A stretch of 64,000 nucleotides of DNA from positions 134,728,001 to 134,792,000 of the forward strand of contig NW_024704742.1 of assembly GCF_018977255.1 (NCBI RefSeq), in the 5' to 3' direction. Shown here piece after piece: positions 13,831-28,345 of this stretch (positions are counted from its first letter, which is position 1; every line of letters starts with the position of its first letter). The stretch comes from Callorhinchus milii. Lineage: Eukaryota. The notes under the pieces were generated by a model. It saw only the letters and a list, made by a program, of their open reading frames with translations. It did no database searches and was not told the origin of the DNA. A program made the position numbers and the translations under genes.

Positions 13831-14632
13831 CTCTTGTGACCATCGGGTTTCACTAAGCAACTCCTCCTACTCTGACATTATTCCATCAGCATTCTCTCTG
13901 GCTTTTATTTCCAACGAATATGCACTTTTGTAGCATCTGTTCAGTGAATCAATTTTTATGTGGGACTTCATCAAATGTCCAAGTATCAGATTTCCCACAA
14001 CCTTTCAGAAAAGACTAAGCTGAGGTTTCTCGAGCAGAACCTTGCTTTCTAAACGAAGTCTGGCTTTTACTGTTTTACTCAGTGAACGGCTGAGGATATT
14101 TCTGGGCATTTCATGGAAATCCACTTACTGGTAATATTAAATTGTTTACCATATCTATCATGTAATTTGTTTTGTTTTGCCCACAAAATACAGTCAATTC
14201 ACCTTACAGTATATTCCTTGAAGCGCTTTGAGACATCTCAATGATGTGATGCGGCATTATATCAAATGCAAGCATTATTATTATTTATTGTCCTTTGCCT
14301 GGCTTTCCATTCTATTATTTTCCTGGCTATCGATGTTGGATGGATGTTGCTGTATGAGGCTGAGTTAGATTTGTTCTCTTTAAATATAGGTGCACACTCC
14401 AGCAAGTCTAATGTTTGGTGTCCTTGGTGACCATAGCTATTGTCCCATAACATACATTATGCTTTTGATGACAATTTAGTGTCATCTTTAAATACTTTTC
14501 AGAATATATTAACATTTTCACTTGTCTTCTGTTATGAATTTCCCTAACAATCTGTCATAGTTTTTTTCACTTCAAACTGATATTATGCTGATCTGTTTTC
14601 ATTAATTTATTTTCATTACATGTATTCATCAG

Positions 14633-15186
14633 TGGAGTCCCATAGTGTAAGTGGTTAGCACGCTCGCCTCGCAAGAGAGAGGACCCAGGTTCAATTCCTG
14701 GGAAGGATGAAAGTTTCGTTACTCCACACACCTCTGGTTACCTAGCAGCAAGTAGAAATCCAGTTGTTTGTCGATTGGTGAATCACTAATCACTTTCCAG
14801 GGTAATACAAACATTAATAACAACAACAACTAAATTACATTTGTATAGCACCTTTCACGTCGGGAGGTTGTCAGTTTGATCATTCAATCTATGACTGTTT
14901 GTTACACTGCTGTGTGCAATTGGCTGCCATGTATTGCCCCCAAAATACACTCAATCCACTTCATAATAATAATAATCCTTGCATTTGATATAGCGCTTTT
15001 CATGTCTTCTCGACGTCTCAAAGTGCTTCACAGCTTCACTGTAAAGTGAATTGATCGTATATTTGTGGGTGAAATGCGGCAATCTATTAATAAAGTCTTA
15101 ATAAAGTCTATTAAGCAATTTGAGACATCTCAATGACATGACAAGATGCTGTGCCAAATGCAAAGATTATATAAGGATTATTATTA
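14633..15186. mobile_element. Nested cluster of SINE copies in both orientations
   Basis: Head ggagtcccatagtgtaagtggttagc at 14634; inverted tails at ~14815-14870 and ~14960-15085; + strand tail ends at 15186. Confidence 0.8.
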
Positions 15187-15332
15187 ACTTCAACACCACT
15201 CAATCAACGGCAGAAGATACTTCTGGCCATTTTTGGAAATCCACTTCCTGGAAATATCAAGCTGTTTGTCATGTCTATCATGTAAAGTGATACTGAACTG
15301 CATTGGTGTTAATGTTTGTCCTTTTTTCGCAG

Positions 15333-15431
15333 TGTGTTGCAGATCATGTATGGCAAGAACTTGATCGATTTCCAGCTGAGAAAAGGGCTGACGTGGTCAT
15401 TTTGTTCTCTGCGCATTCACTACCTATGTCT
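15333..15431 (+). CDS. FECH: Ferrochelatase exon 7
   Basis: ttttcgcAG / gtaagt; 99 bp; [33 protein letters not shown], including the catalytic H263 equivalent. Confidence 0.98.
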
Positions 15432-15781
15432 GTAAGTGGTGACAAACTTTGGTTAAGAAAATAATGACAGTAGGATCAATCTAAAATAAAGGAAGGACAA
15501 CAAATTACATTTGCCTAGCATGTTCCATGTCGGGAGAACGTTCGAAGGTGCTGGATAGTCAGGGATTTGTACCCGAGCTGAGATTTGGAGAATCCTGATA
15601 AACCCTGCTAAACATTTTACCTGCTGAACCCCACCCTCCATCAAGTAAGAACAGACAAAATATTCCCACATTACCAGTAATGGAATAGCATTACTGCGCA
15701 GAGGAAATCTGTTTCCGTTAACAATCTTGCATGTATATCACTTCACCACCTGCTGTCTATAGAAATTATTTGGTGTGTTTG

Positions 15782-16090
15782 TTTTGGTCAGCCAGGTGTC
15801 TGACACATGCGGAAACCCATCACTATGCTTAAGAGTATCCAAACCAGACAGAGTTCCACTTATGTATGCCACCTTTGCTTGGAAGCTTCCCTATGTCTGG
15901 AATGAATAGAACACGTACTCTTTCCCAGGAGAGAAGTATCGTGCTTATCACATTTCAGCACAGACTGGTGATAGCCAAGGCTTGGGACCCCAGTGTATGT
16001 GTATCTTGGGGTAAATTTGGAGTTTAACCAGCTAAAACCAGATAGCTTGCCATTGGGAGCACTGTTAGGTAACACATTCCAGAGGCTGCC
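15782..16090 (-). mobile_element. Unclassified dispersed repeat, one of ~8 copies
   Basis: Core gtctgacacatgcggaaacccatcacyatgcttaagagtatccaaacc recurs through the window. Confidence 0.8.
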
Positions 16091-16284
16091 ATTGTAAGCC
16101 TCTAAGAGTTTCCTCAACTATTAATCAGCAGGGAGGGGTCTGCCCTACACTGATGCGGAGTTAGCTTCACAGCAATCACTTCTATCCCCCAGTGCCTTCG
16201 CCTTGCTTCCTCCCTTTCCTCCTTCAAGGCCGGTCTCAAGACCTTTCTCTTTGACCGTGCCTTCAGCTCCCCTCTCAACTCTCT

Positions 16285-16420
16285 ACCCTCTCCTCGCCCC
16301 CTCCCTTCCTTCCCCTCACCCTGACTCTTTCCCCCCTCCTCGCTCCCTCCCCTCACCCTGACCATTTCCCCCCTCCTCGCTCCCTCCCTTCCCTCCCCTC
16401 ACCCTGACCATTTCCCCCCT
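16285..16420 (+). repeat. About three copies of a C-rich ~40 bp unit inside an L2 3' UTR
   Basis: ccctcaccctgac(c/t)(a/c)tttcccccc repeated three times. Confidence 0.85.
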
Positions 16421-17748
16421 TCTCGGGTCCTGACCCAACTGTCCAGCGCTTTGGGACGTCCTCCTGACGTGAAAGGCGCTCTATAAATGGAATCTTCTTG
16501 TTGTTGTTGTTCTATTTAGCAAAGCCTTATGATGCTGATCAAGCAATTGGTGTTGTGTATATTTGGTACATGGTATTGGTCGGACCTCTGAAACATCCAA
16601 AGCTGTCTTTTGTAAGTCCTCCCACCATGCTGTTTTTCAAATAGCTGATGGTGTTTATACTACAGATATGAGGGTGGGCCCTGGCTCACTCTTGGTTAGG
16701 ATGGAATCTTTAAGGTGTAATGGGCTGGATAAGTTGGAGAGGACACCAACGGTTGTTCTTTGGCACTTTTATGGGGCAATACCCTTTACAGCATGATGTC
16801 ACATAATTGGTTTAGAGTTTCTAAGATTGTATCACTTGTCATTTTTACAATGTATTGTAAAGCCTCTTTCTATATCTGGCTTGTGTGGAAAAAGCCAATC
16901 AATAAACCTGCTTGTGCTGAAAGTTGTACTGCAAATAGGATATTGCCTAAAGCAGAATTGAGATGTCTCCTTCCTATAAAAAATTAGGGAGAAATGTACG
17001 AATATTTTTCTTTTTAATTTTGACTATTGACTCTCCAATCTTGTAAATATTTGGAAGAGGACCATGTAATTGTTCATTTGTATCACGGTGCTTCATTAAC
17101 TTTGAGATTTTTATAGTCTTTGTTGTGTGTTATTGGAATACTTTAGTACATTCTGGTGAATTAATTTGTTACTTAAGATGGATTTGATGTCACTCACTGG
17201 TGACCCAAATGGTATTATTCGTAAAGAACCTAGCAACAGGAGGCCATTCAGTGTGAGCCTGTTTGCCAGTTTTAGTTCATAGCAGATCTTTTAATCCCAT
17301 TTCCATTTGTTTGTCTTCATATCCTTACTTTCCAAGTATCAATCTATCTTGATACCTGGGCAGAGTGAAACCTTAGGCAGGTTTCCTTATTCCACATGTC
17401 TCTGTTTACCCTCAGTAAGTAGGAACCTGGTTGTTAGTCGATTGGCGGATTGCTTTCCGAAGGTAGTAATCCCTCAAAGAAAAATTGGTGACTCAATCCA
17501 CGCACTGTGGGACACTGTTGTGTGCAATTAGCTGCTACATTTCACCCACAAAATCCAGTCGCCCACTTTACAATATGTCCTTTGAAGCACTTTGAAACAT
17601 CTCAACAACATGATAATATGCTATATCAGATTAAAGTATTATTATTAATAATAATATTTATAATTGTTGTCCTTAATACCCTTACTTCCTGAGTATCATT
17701 CTATCTCTTGGACATGTAATATTTTATGGCATCTGGCAAATCTGATGA

Positions 17749-17931
<183 letters not shown>

Positions 17932-18093
17932 TAAGTAGCATTGAGTTAAACAGGGAAGGCATGAAGCAATCATTTTGTGTGTGTCAGCCACAGCATGCTG
18001 GAGGCAGCTAACTCAGCAGTTCTTGCACGGGACATGTGATTCAATCTTGAGGCAGAAAGGTGATCAGAGACTTTAGGTTTACTTGATCTATGT

Positions 18094-18299
18094 CAGGGTG
18101 GTCCAACCCTTTGGCTGCTGAGGGCCAGATGCCCTATTGGAGAAACGTCCGGGGGCTGCATAAACAATGTTTGTGTTTCACTTCTTCTAGAAACATAACA
18201 TAACATTTATGTGTTATGGAGCGAGCGGATAGACCAGATGAAATGGAGAGAGGAGGATGGGCTAAGAGCTGTTGGCTGGCTGCCAGTTGTACCACCCTG
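18094..18299. mobile_element. hAT-like non-autonomous DNA transposon (MITE)
   Basis: TIRs cagggtggtccaac (18094) and gttgtaccaccctg (ending 18299); the same end sequence recurs at 23987-24055. No intact TSD. Confidence 0.65.
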
Positions 18300-18812
18300 T
18301 AACTGTTAATGTGAGACTTTAGTTCTTGCCCGGGTAGTTGCATCGAGCAGCATATAGACTAGGATTGGGTGGTGTAGCGAGGGAGATCAAGCAACTAAAC
18401 AGAGAAGCCTGACACCAGGTTCAGTCTTGAGGCAGAAGCATGTGACGATAAAATCTTAAACAGTATCCAGTATTTGAAGTGAAGCGCACTGCTGAACATC
18501 TGCATTGCGACCAATGATGCCTAGATTCTCAAATTTTAGCTGCAAATAGAAAAGGAACATGATTTCTACATGGAGACATCTTGATGACACCAGGGAGTTG
18601 AGAGCCCAAAACATAGCCAATGAAAAATTGTGCACATCAGTGTGATGTGATTTGGAAAGATTTGGTACCTGAAGCTTAAATTTAAAGCCTATATAAATGG
18701 TGCAGAAATATTGTGCTGCTCTAGTAAGAATGCAGCACCGTAGTTTATTTTGTAATGTGTAATGTAATGTTGAAATGGCCTGGGGAAGGATGCCTATGTT
18801 AACGGTTTGTGA

Positions 18813-19016
<204 letters not shown>

Positions 19017-19560
19017 TGAGGACGTTTTCTGGATGTTTCTTTTTTGGGAGAGAAGGTTTTCTTTATTGAAAAATATGGTTACAAAGCTCACAAATCTGAC
19101 AGGAATTGGAATGTTCATTTTTCCTATTATTGGGTTCGCTTTGCCATGTCTTTTAAATTGTTTTTTTAGGTAGAATTGCATTGTATGCAATGAATAAGAT
19201 TGTTAGAGATAATCAATTGCATTGATGTAAAGACTGTGTCTCCAAAAATGCATCTTGCCCCAATCGCTGTATCCCACAAACAGTCATGGATTTTTGGAAG
19301 GGGTTATTACCCCGGAAAGGGATCCACCAATTGACTAACAACTGGGTTCCTACTTCCCACTAGGTCAACAGAAGTGCGTGGAGTAAAGAAATTTGCCCAA
19401 GGTTTTGCCCCACTCGGGAATCGAACGTGGGTCCTCTCGCTTGCGAGACGAGTGTTTTACCAGTATTTTCCTCCCACCTTCTCCTAAATATTCAACCACA
19501 TTTATCATTTTGTGTATCATCTTATAAACAGGTGGCCGGTAACTTTTTTTTGTGTTTCAG

Positions 19561-19620
19561 TGCGGTGTAGAAAATATTAGGAGAGCAGAGTCACTCAATG
19601 GAAATCAACTTTTTATTAAG
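19561..19620 (+). CDS. FECH: Ferrochelatase exon 10
   Basis: tgtttcAG / gtaatg; 60 bp; CGVENIRRAESLNGNQLFIK. Confidence 0.97.
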
Positions 19621-20412
19621 GTAATGTCTGCTTTGGTTTTCAATAATTTTAACCAGGTTACTACATGCCAATCATATACTGGAATTTCGTATTAATACTC
19701 GATGGCTTTTAATTCCAAGAGGTGTGCCAGGTATTGATGAATTGGGTACTAAGTTGACTTTGTTGTATTTGTATCAAGCCTTTTTTGTGGGGTGGGGGAG
19801 GAAGTGAGAAACTATTTGTATTATTTGGACTGAGATCCAGTAACCTGAATGTTGAAGTGAGAGTTGCTTCACAGTGTGAGCTTCAAGCACAAGAGTTTGC
19901 AGACTTTCCATCCTTAAGTGGAGTCCTGTATTGCAGTGGTTAGAGCACTCACCTCACAAGCGAGAGGTCCTGCGTTCGATACGATACGGTCTCGAAGACC
20001 GATAATGTGATAAGGCGTTATATCAAATGCAATATTATATTATTAAGAGCCACCAAAGTCGAGCCCTTGCATTATGACATCTTGGTCAATTTACAACACA
20101 AATCGCCGAATACAACAGAGATCAGTAACTGGTGACTTTTCTTGCTCAACCCAGGGGTACTGAGGCTGCTCTTGAATGCTAAAGAGGAAGATTAAAATAT
20201 TTGGGTGGGTGGGGCGGGGGTTTAAATGGGAGAAGAGGAGAGAGTAGAAAATGCATTTGCTCTGGGCGAGAGATGCTGCTCACTCAGGATTTTTTTCTTG
20301 GAGGAAAAGCGCAGATATTTTATCAATTGATGTGATGTTTAGAGTGGGAGAAAGGTGGGGGTGGAGAGGTTTTTATGAACTTATGAATTAATTGATATTT
20401 TCTCCATTTTAG

Positions 20413-20547
20413 GCACTAGCAGACCTCGTAAACACTCACCTCAAATCAGCAGCAACTTCTTCCAAGCAGCTGAGTCTACGCTGCCCACTTTGTGTTAACC
20501 CTGTTTGTGGAGAGACCAAAGCCTTCTTTGCTAAGCAGAATCTGTGA
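20413..20547 (+). CDS. FECH: Ferrochelatase last coding exon (exon 11) with stop
   Basis: cattttAG acceptor; [48 protein letters not shown]-x2-C-x4-C [2Fe-2S] ligands (C403/C406/C411 equivalents). Confidence 0.98.
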   Translation, partial: ALADLVNTHLKSAATSSKQLSLRCPLCVNPVCGETKAFFAKQNL

Positions 20548-21499
20548 AATGGCTCTTGCCATCAGTTTGTATCTCCTCCATAGGTAACGTGAGCTGACGT
20601 GATCACCAGCTTTGGTCCATTTCCAATATCTTGAGTTGACTTCTTGGTTGAGCTTGAATGCTTATATTTGCCCATTTGTCTCTGAAACTGCTATACCTTT
20701 GTTGCAACGATACTTAACATGGAAACTGCACAGTTTCCCTGTCCAAAACTCTGTTACATTTAATACTATTTGACCGCAAGGACAAGCAACTGCAGCAGAC
20801 ACTAGATAAAACTTGAGTCTGACTTTCTTTATTTTAAAACAAAGCCTAAATATCAACAGTGTTATCACAGCAATTAATTAAGACTTCTGTGAAGTTCATG
20901 AAAGTGAGAGCTCAGCACTGATCCCAAACTCTTGTGTAAAACTAAAGCTTAACAGTGTTATTCATGCACTACTTTTGTTACACAGCTAAGGGTTTTGTTT
21001 TTCTTCCATTATTTTTTTCATCTGACATTTTATTTAGTCAGGGAGAGTAGACTTGATATGACGTGCGTATACACGACTATTAATAAGATGTTTACTTTGA
21101 CAGATACTGACACTTTTGTTTAATATGTACACAATAATAATGAATGTATTTAGGTTTAGCCACAGTGCACTGAACAAATTTAATCACTCCGCTCATGGCT
21201 CGCTAGTAGTTCTGACGCGTTTGCAGGAATTGGTGCTGGGAAAATATTAGCTATTTCCAAAAACACAAATGGGAGGGAGTCTGGCTGGGAATGAAAAGGG
21301 GAATATTTCAAAGGGAATGGAAAACTGCAGTTTCTTAAACTATTGCGGTCAATGAAGGGGTTTGACTGTGTGAAACGGTATTAAGTGCCCAAGAATTACC
21401 TGGGTGAAAGAAGACCCAAAGTCCATCCAGTTCGCCTTCCACTATCCTGGCAGTCGCTTGCTCATGTCGTGTCCCAAACTATATATTGTATCCCAAGAT

Positions 21500-21805
21500 A
21501 ATACTAATATTCCTTGCATTTGATGTAGCGCTTTTCACGTCTTCTAAACGTCTCAAAGCGCTTCACAGAATATACTGTAAAGTGAATTGACTGTATATAT
21601 GTGGGTGAAACGCAGCAGAATTGCGCACAGCAGTGTCCCACAAACAGTCGTGGATTGAAGTGACCAATTTTTTTTTTTTTTCTTGAGGGATTATTATCAG
21701 GCGTGTGGAGTAAGAAAACTAGCCAAAGATTTTGCCCGGTCGGGAATTGAATCCAAGTCTCTCGCTTGTGAGGCGAGTGCTGTAACCACTGAGCTACAGG
21801 ACTCC
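21500..21805 (-). mobile_element. Full-length tRNA-SINE, short subfamily, in the putative FECH 3' UTR
   Basis: Head ggagtcctgtagctcagtgg on the - strand through to the TTA-rich tail. Confidence 0.9.
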
Positions 21806-23456
21806 ATTTCTGTTTTTTCCTTAGCTAATTTGTTCTTGAAAGACTCAACACTTTCTGTCTCAACATAATATGTAGGAGCAGGTTACCTAGGGAGCCAGTT
21901 CCATATGTTTAGTCTTATCCTCACCCTCATTTTCAAGGCCATCAATGGCCTTCCTCCCCTCCTACCTCTCTGACCTGCTGACTCCCTACCAATCTGCCCG
22001 TTCCCTCCATTCAATGGACTCCGACCTGCTCATCTCTCCGCCCGACCCGCCCTACCATCGGTGGCCGGGTTTTCAGCCTCTCTGCCCCCACACTCTGTAA
22101 CTCCATCCCACGGTCCCTTTGCTTCGCTTCCTCCCTTTCCTCCTTCAAGGCCGGTCTCAAGACCCTCCTCTTCGATCGTGCCTTCAGTCGCCCTCCCACC
22201 TCTCTGCCTTCCCTCACCCCTGCCCTACTCCTCCCCCAGGCTCGGGTCCTGACCCCTGACTATCCAGACCTTGGCAGATCTTCTCGACGTGAAAGGAGCT
22301 CCATAAATGTAATTTTGTTGTTCATACTCGCTCACTGAAACAGTTTCCACAGATATGTACTGAATTTATCCCATTCAATCACAATGTCGACGAACACTCC
22401 CAAATTACTGAATTTTGCTCTTAACGTAAGGTGGTAACTTATTTTTAAGAGTTGGAAGACTTGCTTGCATTCACCATTTAAAACACAAGAGTAATGTCTG
22501 TATAATGTCCCATCAGGTTTGATCCGCTCCCTGCTTTCTATATTGGAAATATCTTCCCTCCCCCCTCCGATCCTATTGTACTCTTTTGTGTGAATATATC
22601 TGAGTGTATTTTCTCCCTCTGAGTTTATTTGTAAACAGGATAGTTAGAAGAAGAATTACAACGTGTTGACTTAGCATTGAACCTCCTATACCATTGCTGT
22701 GCCAGACAAGCTGGGTACTTCATCTCTTAACAGTAATTAGTTGTACATGTAACATAGGGCTTATGAAATGGTTGCCTCTTCCTGATCGATTTCAATAAGG
22801 GAAAAGTGTACAAATTCAGCTGTGTTGCATCTAGGAGGTGAAACTAACATTCCAGCATAGATTAGCTAGTGACCAACCTGCTTCTGTTGGTGAGACAGTT
22901 GTGTGATTTGTTTCCTGTCAATGATTCTCACTCTACTCAACAGCTCACCTGAACAAGCTTTTGTATGGACATCAGTTTTGTGAGATAGGGTGACAGCTGC
23001 TGTCTAAACAAATGCCCTGCCTCTTGCTATCTCTTCCAACCGTATCCTCTTGCCCATATGATACCGTCTGTTCTCCTCACATACACACCACACACAAACC
23101 CCGACCCACTAAATGTTCTGTTTGATTCTCTGTTGCACTACTCTGCTCACACTGGTAGCCTGACAACATCCAGGGTCCTGAAGGGTGGCAACTTGGCCAA
23201 GGGACCGGAGGTGCTTGTGGAAGCAACTCCTTCTCGAGGAGAAGCAGAAAGAAAACTTGTCAAACAGACCCACTAATGTGCGGGTGCTAAAAGTGCCTAG
23301 TGGTACATGTTTTTTTTGTTCTGTTATTCTTTGATTATAGGTACACAAATAGAAAGAAGAGCCTTTATTTGTGCCTTATCACATCAAATGTCTCAAAGTG
23401 CTTTACAGTTCTTACTGTTGATGGTAGTGACTATTTTGTAGGTAAATGTTTATGTC

Positions 23457-23462
23457 AATAAA
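23457..23462 (+). terminator. FECH: Candidate FECH polyadenylation signal
   Basis: First canonical AATAAA I found after the stop codon, followed by a TG/T-rich stretch; implies a ~2.9 kb 3' UTR. Confidence 0.5.
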
Positions 23463-26400
23463 TCTGCTTGTGTTTTAAGATGAATTACCCATCCTGGCGT
23501 TTGCTCTCCCTGATGGACCCCATCTTGCTTACCTAATTCTGGGGAGCAGGTTAGCAAGAGCCAAGGTTTGGGAACCCCAGAGTGTGCATTTGGGTTACTA
23601 CTGGAGTCTAACCAGCTAACCGCATGAGAACACTGTCTGGAAACCTCTTTGTGAATCCTTGTTTGCGTAACATTTAAAGCAGTGCAGAATTGAATGGAGA
23701 GCAGATAATTTGAGCGGTGGAGACATAGCTAAATACTAACAACGTTAATCTGGACTTCCATAGTGATAGAAACGTTTTGTCTGAAACCATTGTCTTTTAA
23801 TAAGAAACCAATGAATGTAACTCTTAAAGAATAGATTGAAGATGTATCGCATTATGATACAGATTATTTTTTGTGTGATGCCGAGTGTCTGTGGAATTGA
23901 AAACAATGTATTAAATTCCAGACCTAAATACAGGAACTGTTGACAAGTATAACTCGTCTTTGTCTTATTTCATTAACTGTATAGTTCAGGGTGGTCCAAC
24001 TGCCGGCCCACGGGCCGCATGTGGCCCACGAGCTGATTTCATCTGGCCCACCCGCTCCCTCCATAATGTTATGCTTCTGGAAGGAAAACACAAAATATAA
24101 TAATAACACTTGCAGTTGATGTAGCGCCTTATCGCATCTTCGAGATGTCTCAAAGCACTTCACAGAATATGCTGTAAAGTGATTTGACTGTATAGTTTGT
24201 GGGCTCCCACAACTTCACAAAGAACTGAATCGAACCTTCTACTTCTGTGCTCATTGGGCTAGCTGAAGTGGTCTAGAATTTGAACTAGCAAATTTTCTTC
24301 CCACTGGGCTAGCAAATCCCGAAGCCTTAGCTGCAGAATTGATCGTGTTTAACGAGGAAACGGATAGATACCCGGTACTCAGTAATATGGAGTAAGCGTC
24401 GCAACTGCCATGGTTTAATGAAATGAGGAAGAAAACTTAATCAGCCAACTAGTTGGCTCCAGTTATTTTTATAATCAGCTAGGGAGGGATTGGAAAAGTA
24501 ACTGACAGTATCTGACATGTGGAAACCCATCACCATACTTAAGAGTATTCAAATCAGCCAGAGATCCATATAAGCAGAGTGATCAAAAAGTTGTGATAAC
24601 TACCCTATTATCTAAAATATATACTGTATACATCATTGTTTCTTTAAGACTTTAATTAGACATTGTAAGGGTATCACCAACTCTTTAATCATCCTGTATA
24701 AGCCACTTATATGTGGAATTTTCCCTGTATCTGAAATGGATGTGCACTCTCTCCCTGGAGGGATACATCTGTTTACCTAATTCGTGGATTGTTGGGCACA
24801 GGTTGGCAAGATTTGGGGACCCCAGAGTGTGTGTTGGGGTCACTGCTGGAGGCAGCTAACCACACAACTTGCCATTGAGAATACTGTCTGGGAAGCTTCC
24901 TATTGCTTTTCCATCCTAGCTGTTAGGGCTTTGGCTTGCAGGCTTAACAGGAGGTGAATGGGAGGAACCTCTGCTTCTGGTGACTGGTCTGTCCTTCCCC
25001 TGTGCTGCTCATGAGTGACATTGGTGTGTCAACCACAGTGCTCTGTGGACATGTTTGGCTCAGAAACCACATAAAGTGGGCTTGATTCCAATATTTTGTT
25101 GTGAAGCACATCACCTTGTAACCAGCTTGGCTATTAGGAGACCCCTTTTCCCTGCGCCCCCCCCCCCCCCCCCGAGGTTAATCAGTAATTGGGATTGCTG
25201 ATGGTGGGGGGTAAACTTTGAACGAGGAAAGAATTGTTACAACATCAAGGCATCCTGAAGTGCTATTTAGTCAAGTAGAGTGACTGTTTTTGTGGGCAAA
25301 TGCTGCAGGCAAAAGTCCCTACAAATGCCTACGAGGCTAATGAACTGAAGGAACTTTAATATGAAGGCACTCAACATATAATCTTGGTTTAACGTCTCAT
25401 ATGAAAGATGGCAGCTGTGACATTGCAGTGGAGGCTTCCCCAGGGGCTGCACTGGACTATCAGCCTCGACTACCTGTGAGGACATTGCTCTTGGCTCATT
25501 TGCCCACTGAAGGTTAGCTATGAATTGTGTCATCCTGTATTGGCGTGTTCTGTTTCATCAATCCTATATTAAATGCCATCAAAACTCTTGCACTACAAGT
25601 TCCAAATAGATCCACAAAAAATGAGTCGCACGGGTCAAATTGTAAGAATGTGGTAATCCTGCATACTTTCTGCCAGGGAGGAATAATAATAATAATCCTT
25701 TCATTTGATATAGTGCCTTAACACGTCTTATCATTGAGACTTCTCAAAGCGCTTCACAGAATGTATTGTAAAAAATGGATTGAATGTGTACTGTATTGTG
25801 TATTGACTGCTTGAAACGTGGCAGCCAATTGTGCACAGCAATGTCCCACAAACTATCCTGGAGTGAATGACCAAATTATTTTTATTATTTTTTTGATGGG
25901 CTAAGTTTAGTTGTCCTGTATTCCTCTCTTAGTCAATTTCCTCAAGTACTCCGGGATGCTGTCCAGTATGAAAGCCACTATATAAATGCAAAGTGTAGTC
26001 TTAAGAAAATCTTTTACTGTTTTACCCTCCATTAAATACCACCTATCAGATTTAAAGAGTGTATCAGGGAAAGTGCTTATTGCACTGTATTCAGCTCGTC
26101 TCTATCGAGTTACTCCTAGATTGCTTCTGTCACAGTGGCTGGTAAGTGGGGCACCAGGCTTTAATGGGTTAAACAGCAATTAGGGAGAAGTAATTAATGG
26201 AGGCTTCAGGAATAATGTACTCAAGTACATTACTGCTTATTTTGAAGGTACTTCTTTACCTTGAATAACTCCATTGCTGGAAATCTGCTCCTACGAGTAA
26301 TTTTATTGCAATACGATTATACCTTTATTTATTTCCTTTTATGCCCTCTATTTGTCACGGTGGAGAGAATTAAGTCAGCTCCTTCCTAAATGTCACGTTT

Positions 26401-26679
26401 GCTTAAATGCGCTGTGGACTTATTTTCCTATTTTGCCATCATTGTAGCATTGCGCAGATACCAGCTGTTTTTTGTGTGAATTATGCTGTAACTTAAATGG
26501 CAACTTAAATTATAGTATTTAGACTCTGTGCTAAATTAATAATAATCCTTGCATTTGATTTAGTGCCTTAACAAGCTGTCAAGCTGTCTCAAAGCACTTA
26601 ACAGGATTTACTATAACGTGTAGTGACTGTAATTTGTTTGTAAACCAGCAGCCAATTTTACGCACAGCAAAATATCCCA

Positions 26680-28020
26680 CAACAACAACAACAACTTGGA
26701 TTTATATAGCACCATCCCCCTGGGCAGCGTCTCAGAGCGCTTCACGGTAATGGATCCCGGAACCGAGCCAGGGGGAGGGGGAGGAAGGTGACCAAAGGCA
26801 TGATCGAAAAGAAAGGTCTTCAGCAGAGACCTGAAAATAGGAAGAGTCGAAGGGAGTGAGGAAGGCAGTTCGAGAGCCTCAGGGCATAGTGGCTGAAGGC
26901 ACGGCTGCCGATGGTGGAGAGGAGGACTCGGGAGGACAAGGAGGAGGCCAGAGCCGGAGGAACGAAGGCAACGGGCACTGTTTTAAGAAGAGAGGTCAGA
27001 GAGGTAGGGGGGTCGAGGAGTGGAGGGATTTGAAGACAAGGATTTTGAAGTTGATCCTCTCTGGGACAGGCAGCCAGTGCAGTCTGGCAAGGACTGGAGT
27101 GATCGGGGAGCGGAGTTTGATGCGGGTGAGAATGCGGGCGGCAGTGTTTTGAATGATTTGGATTTGATGGATGGTAGTGGAGGGGAGGCCGGTGAGGAGG
27201 GCGTTAGAATAGTCCAGCTGAGAGGTGACAAAGGCTTAGACATGGGTTTCAGCGGCTTTCGGAGAGAGGTATTGGTGGAGATGGGCGATGCGTTGGAGAT
27301 GGAAGAAGGCAGTGCTGGTGAGGGACCGGATGTGGGGGAGGAAGGATAATTGGGGGTCGAACCTGACGCCGAGGTTGCGTACGGGTTCAGAGTTTTAAGT
27401 GGAGGTCGGGTAGGTGGAGGAGGTGAGAACCGTGAGATTTTAGACATTGACGAGAGCCAAAGAGTATGGTTTCCGTCTTGTCAACGTTTAGCTGAAGGAA
27501 GTTTCTGCTCATCAGCCCCTGAGATCTGATAGGCATGCTGACAGAACATCAGGGGACTGGGGGTCTTAAAGAGAGGTGGAAAAATAGAGTTGGGTGTCAT
27601 CCGCAGACATGTGGAAATGTACCCCATGTCTGTGGATGACATCCCTAAGACGGAGCATTTAGGTCAGAAAGAGGAGAGGGCCAAGAATGGATCCTTGGGG
27701 TACCCGCAGATAACCGGGTGAGAGCCGGAGGAGAAGCCGTTTGTGCAGATGTACTGCTGGCTGTTTGTGAGGTAGGACTCGAACCGGGGCAAGTGTGGTC
27801 CCACTGAGGTGGATGACAGAGGAAAGGCGGTGGAGGAGGATGGCGTGATCGACTGTGTCGAATGCCGCGGAGAGGTCCAGAAGGACAAGGAGGCAGAGGG
27901 AGCCCTGTTCACAAATAGAGGGGATGTCGTTTGTGACTTTCACAAGCACAGTCTCTACTGTGGGCAGGGCGGAAACCGGACTGGAGGGGTTCGAAGAGGG
28001 AGTGGGAGGAGAGGTATGCG
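26680..28020 (-). mobile_element. L2-clade LINE fragment, frameshifted RT plus 3' end
   Basis: ETVLVKVTND..LVLLDLSAAFDTVDHAILL..VPQGSILGPLLF in ORF 27659-28063; broken frames; (TTG)n tail near 26680. Confidence 0.93.
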
Positions 28021-28039
28021 TGAAATTGAAACAAACAGC

Positions 28040-28345
28040 CATGTTAGAGCACTCGTTTTGCAAGCGAGAGACCTGAGTTCAATTCCAGGCAGAGGGCAAA
28101 ACCTTGGGCAAGTTTCCTTACTCCACACAGAGCCTAATAATAATCCCTCCAAAACCAAAAACAATAATAAATTGGTCATTTTCAATCTACGACTGTTTGT
28201 GGGACATTGCTGTGCGCAATTGGCTGCCGCGTTCGCCCACAAATATACAGTCAATTCACTTTACAGTGTGTTCTGTGAAGCGCTTTGGGACGTCCTCCCG
28301 ACGTGAAAAGCGCTACATCAAATGCAAGGATTATTATTATTATTA
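28040..28345 (+). mobile_element. tRNA-SINE, short subfamily
   Basis: Head remnant, body and (TTA)n tail. Confidence 0.9.

Noticed and set aside
26856..28306. Several overlapping 100-165 aa ORFs
   Set aside because: Alternative frames or antisense of a frameshifted L2 RT; no intact autonomous element
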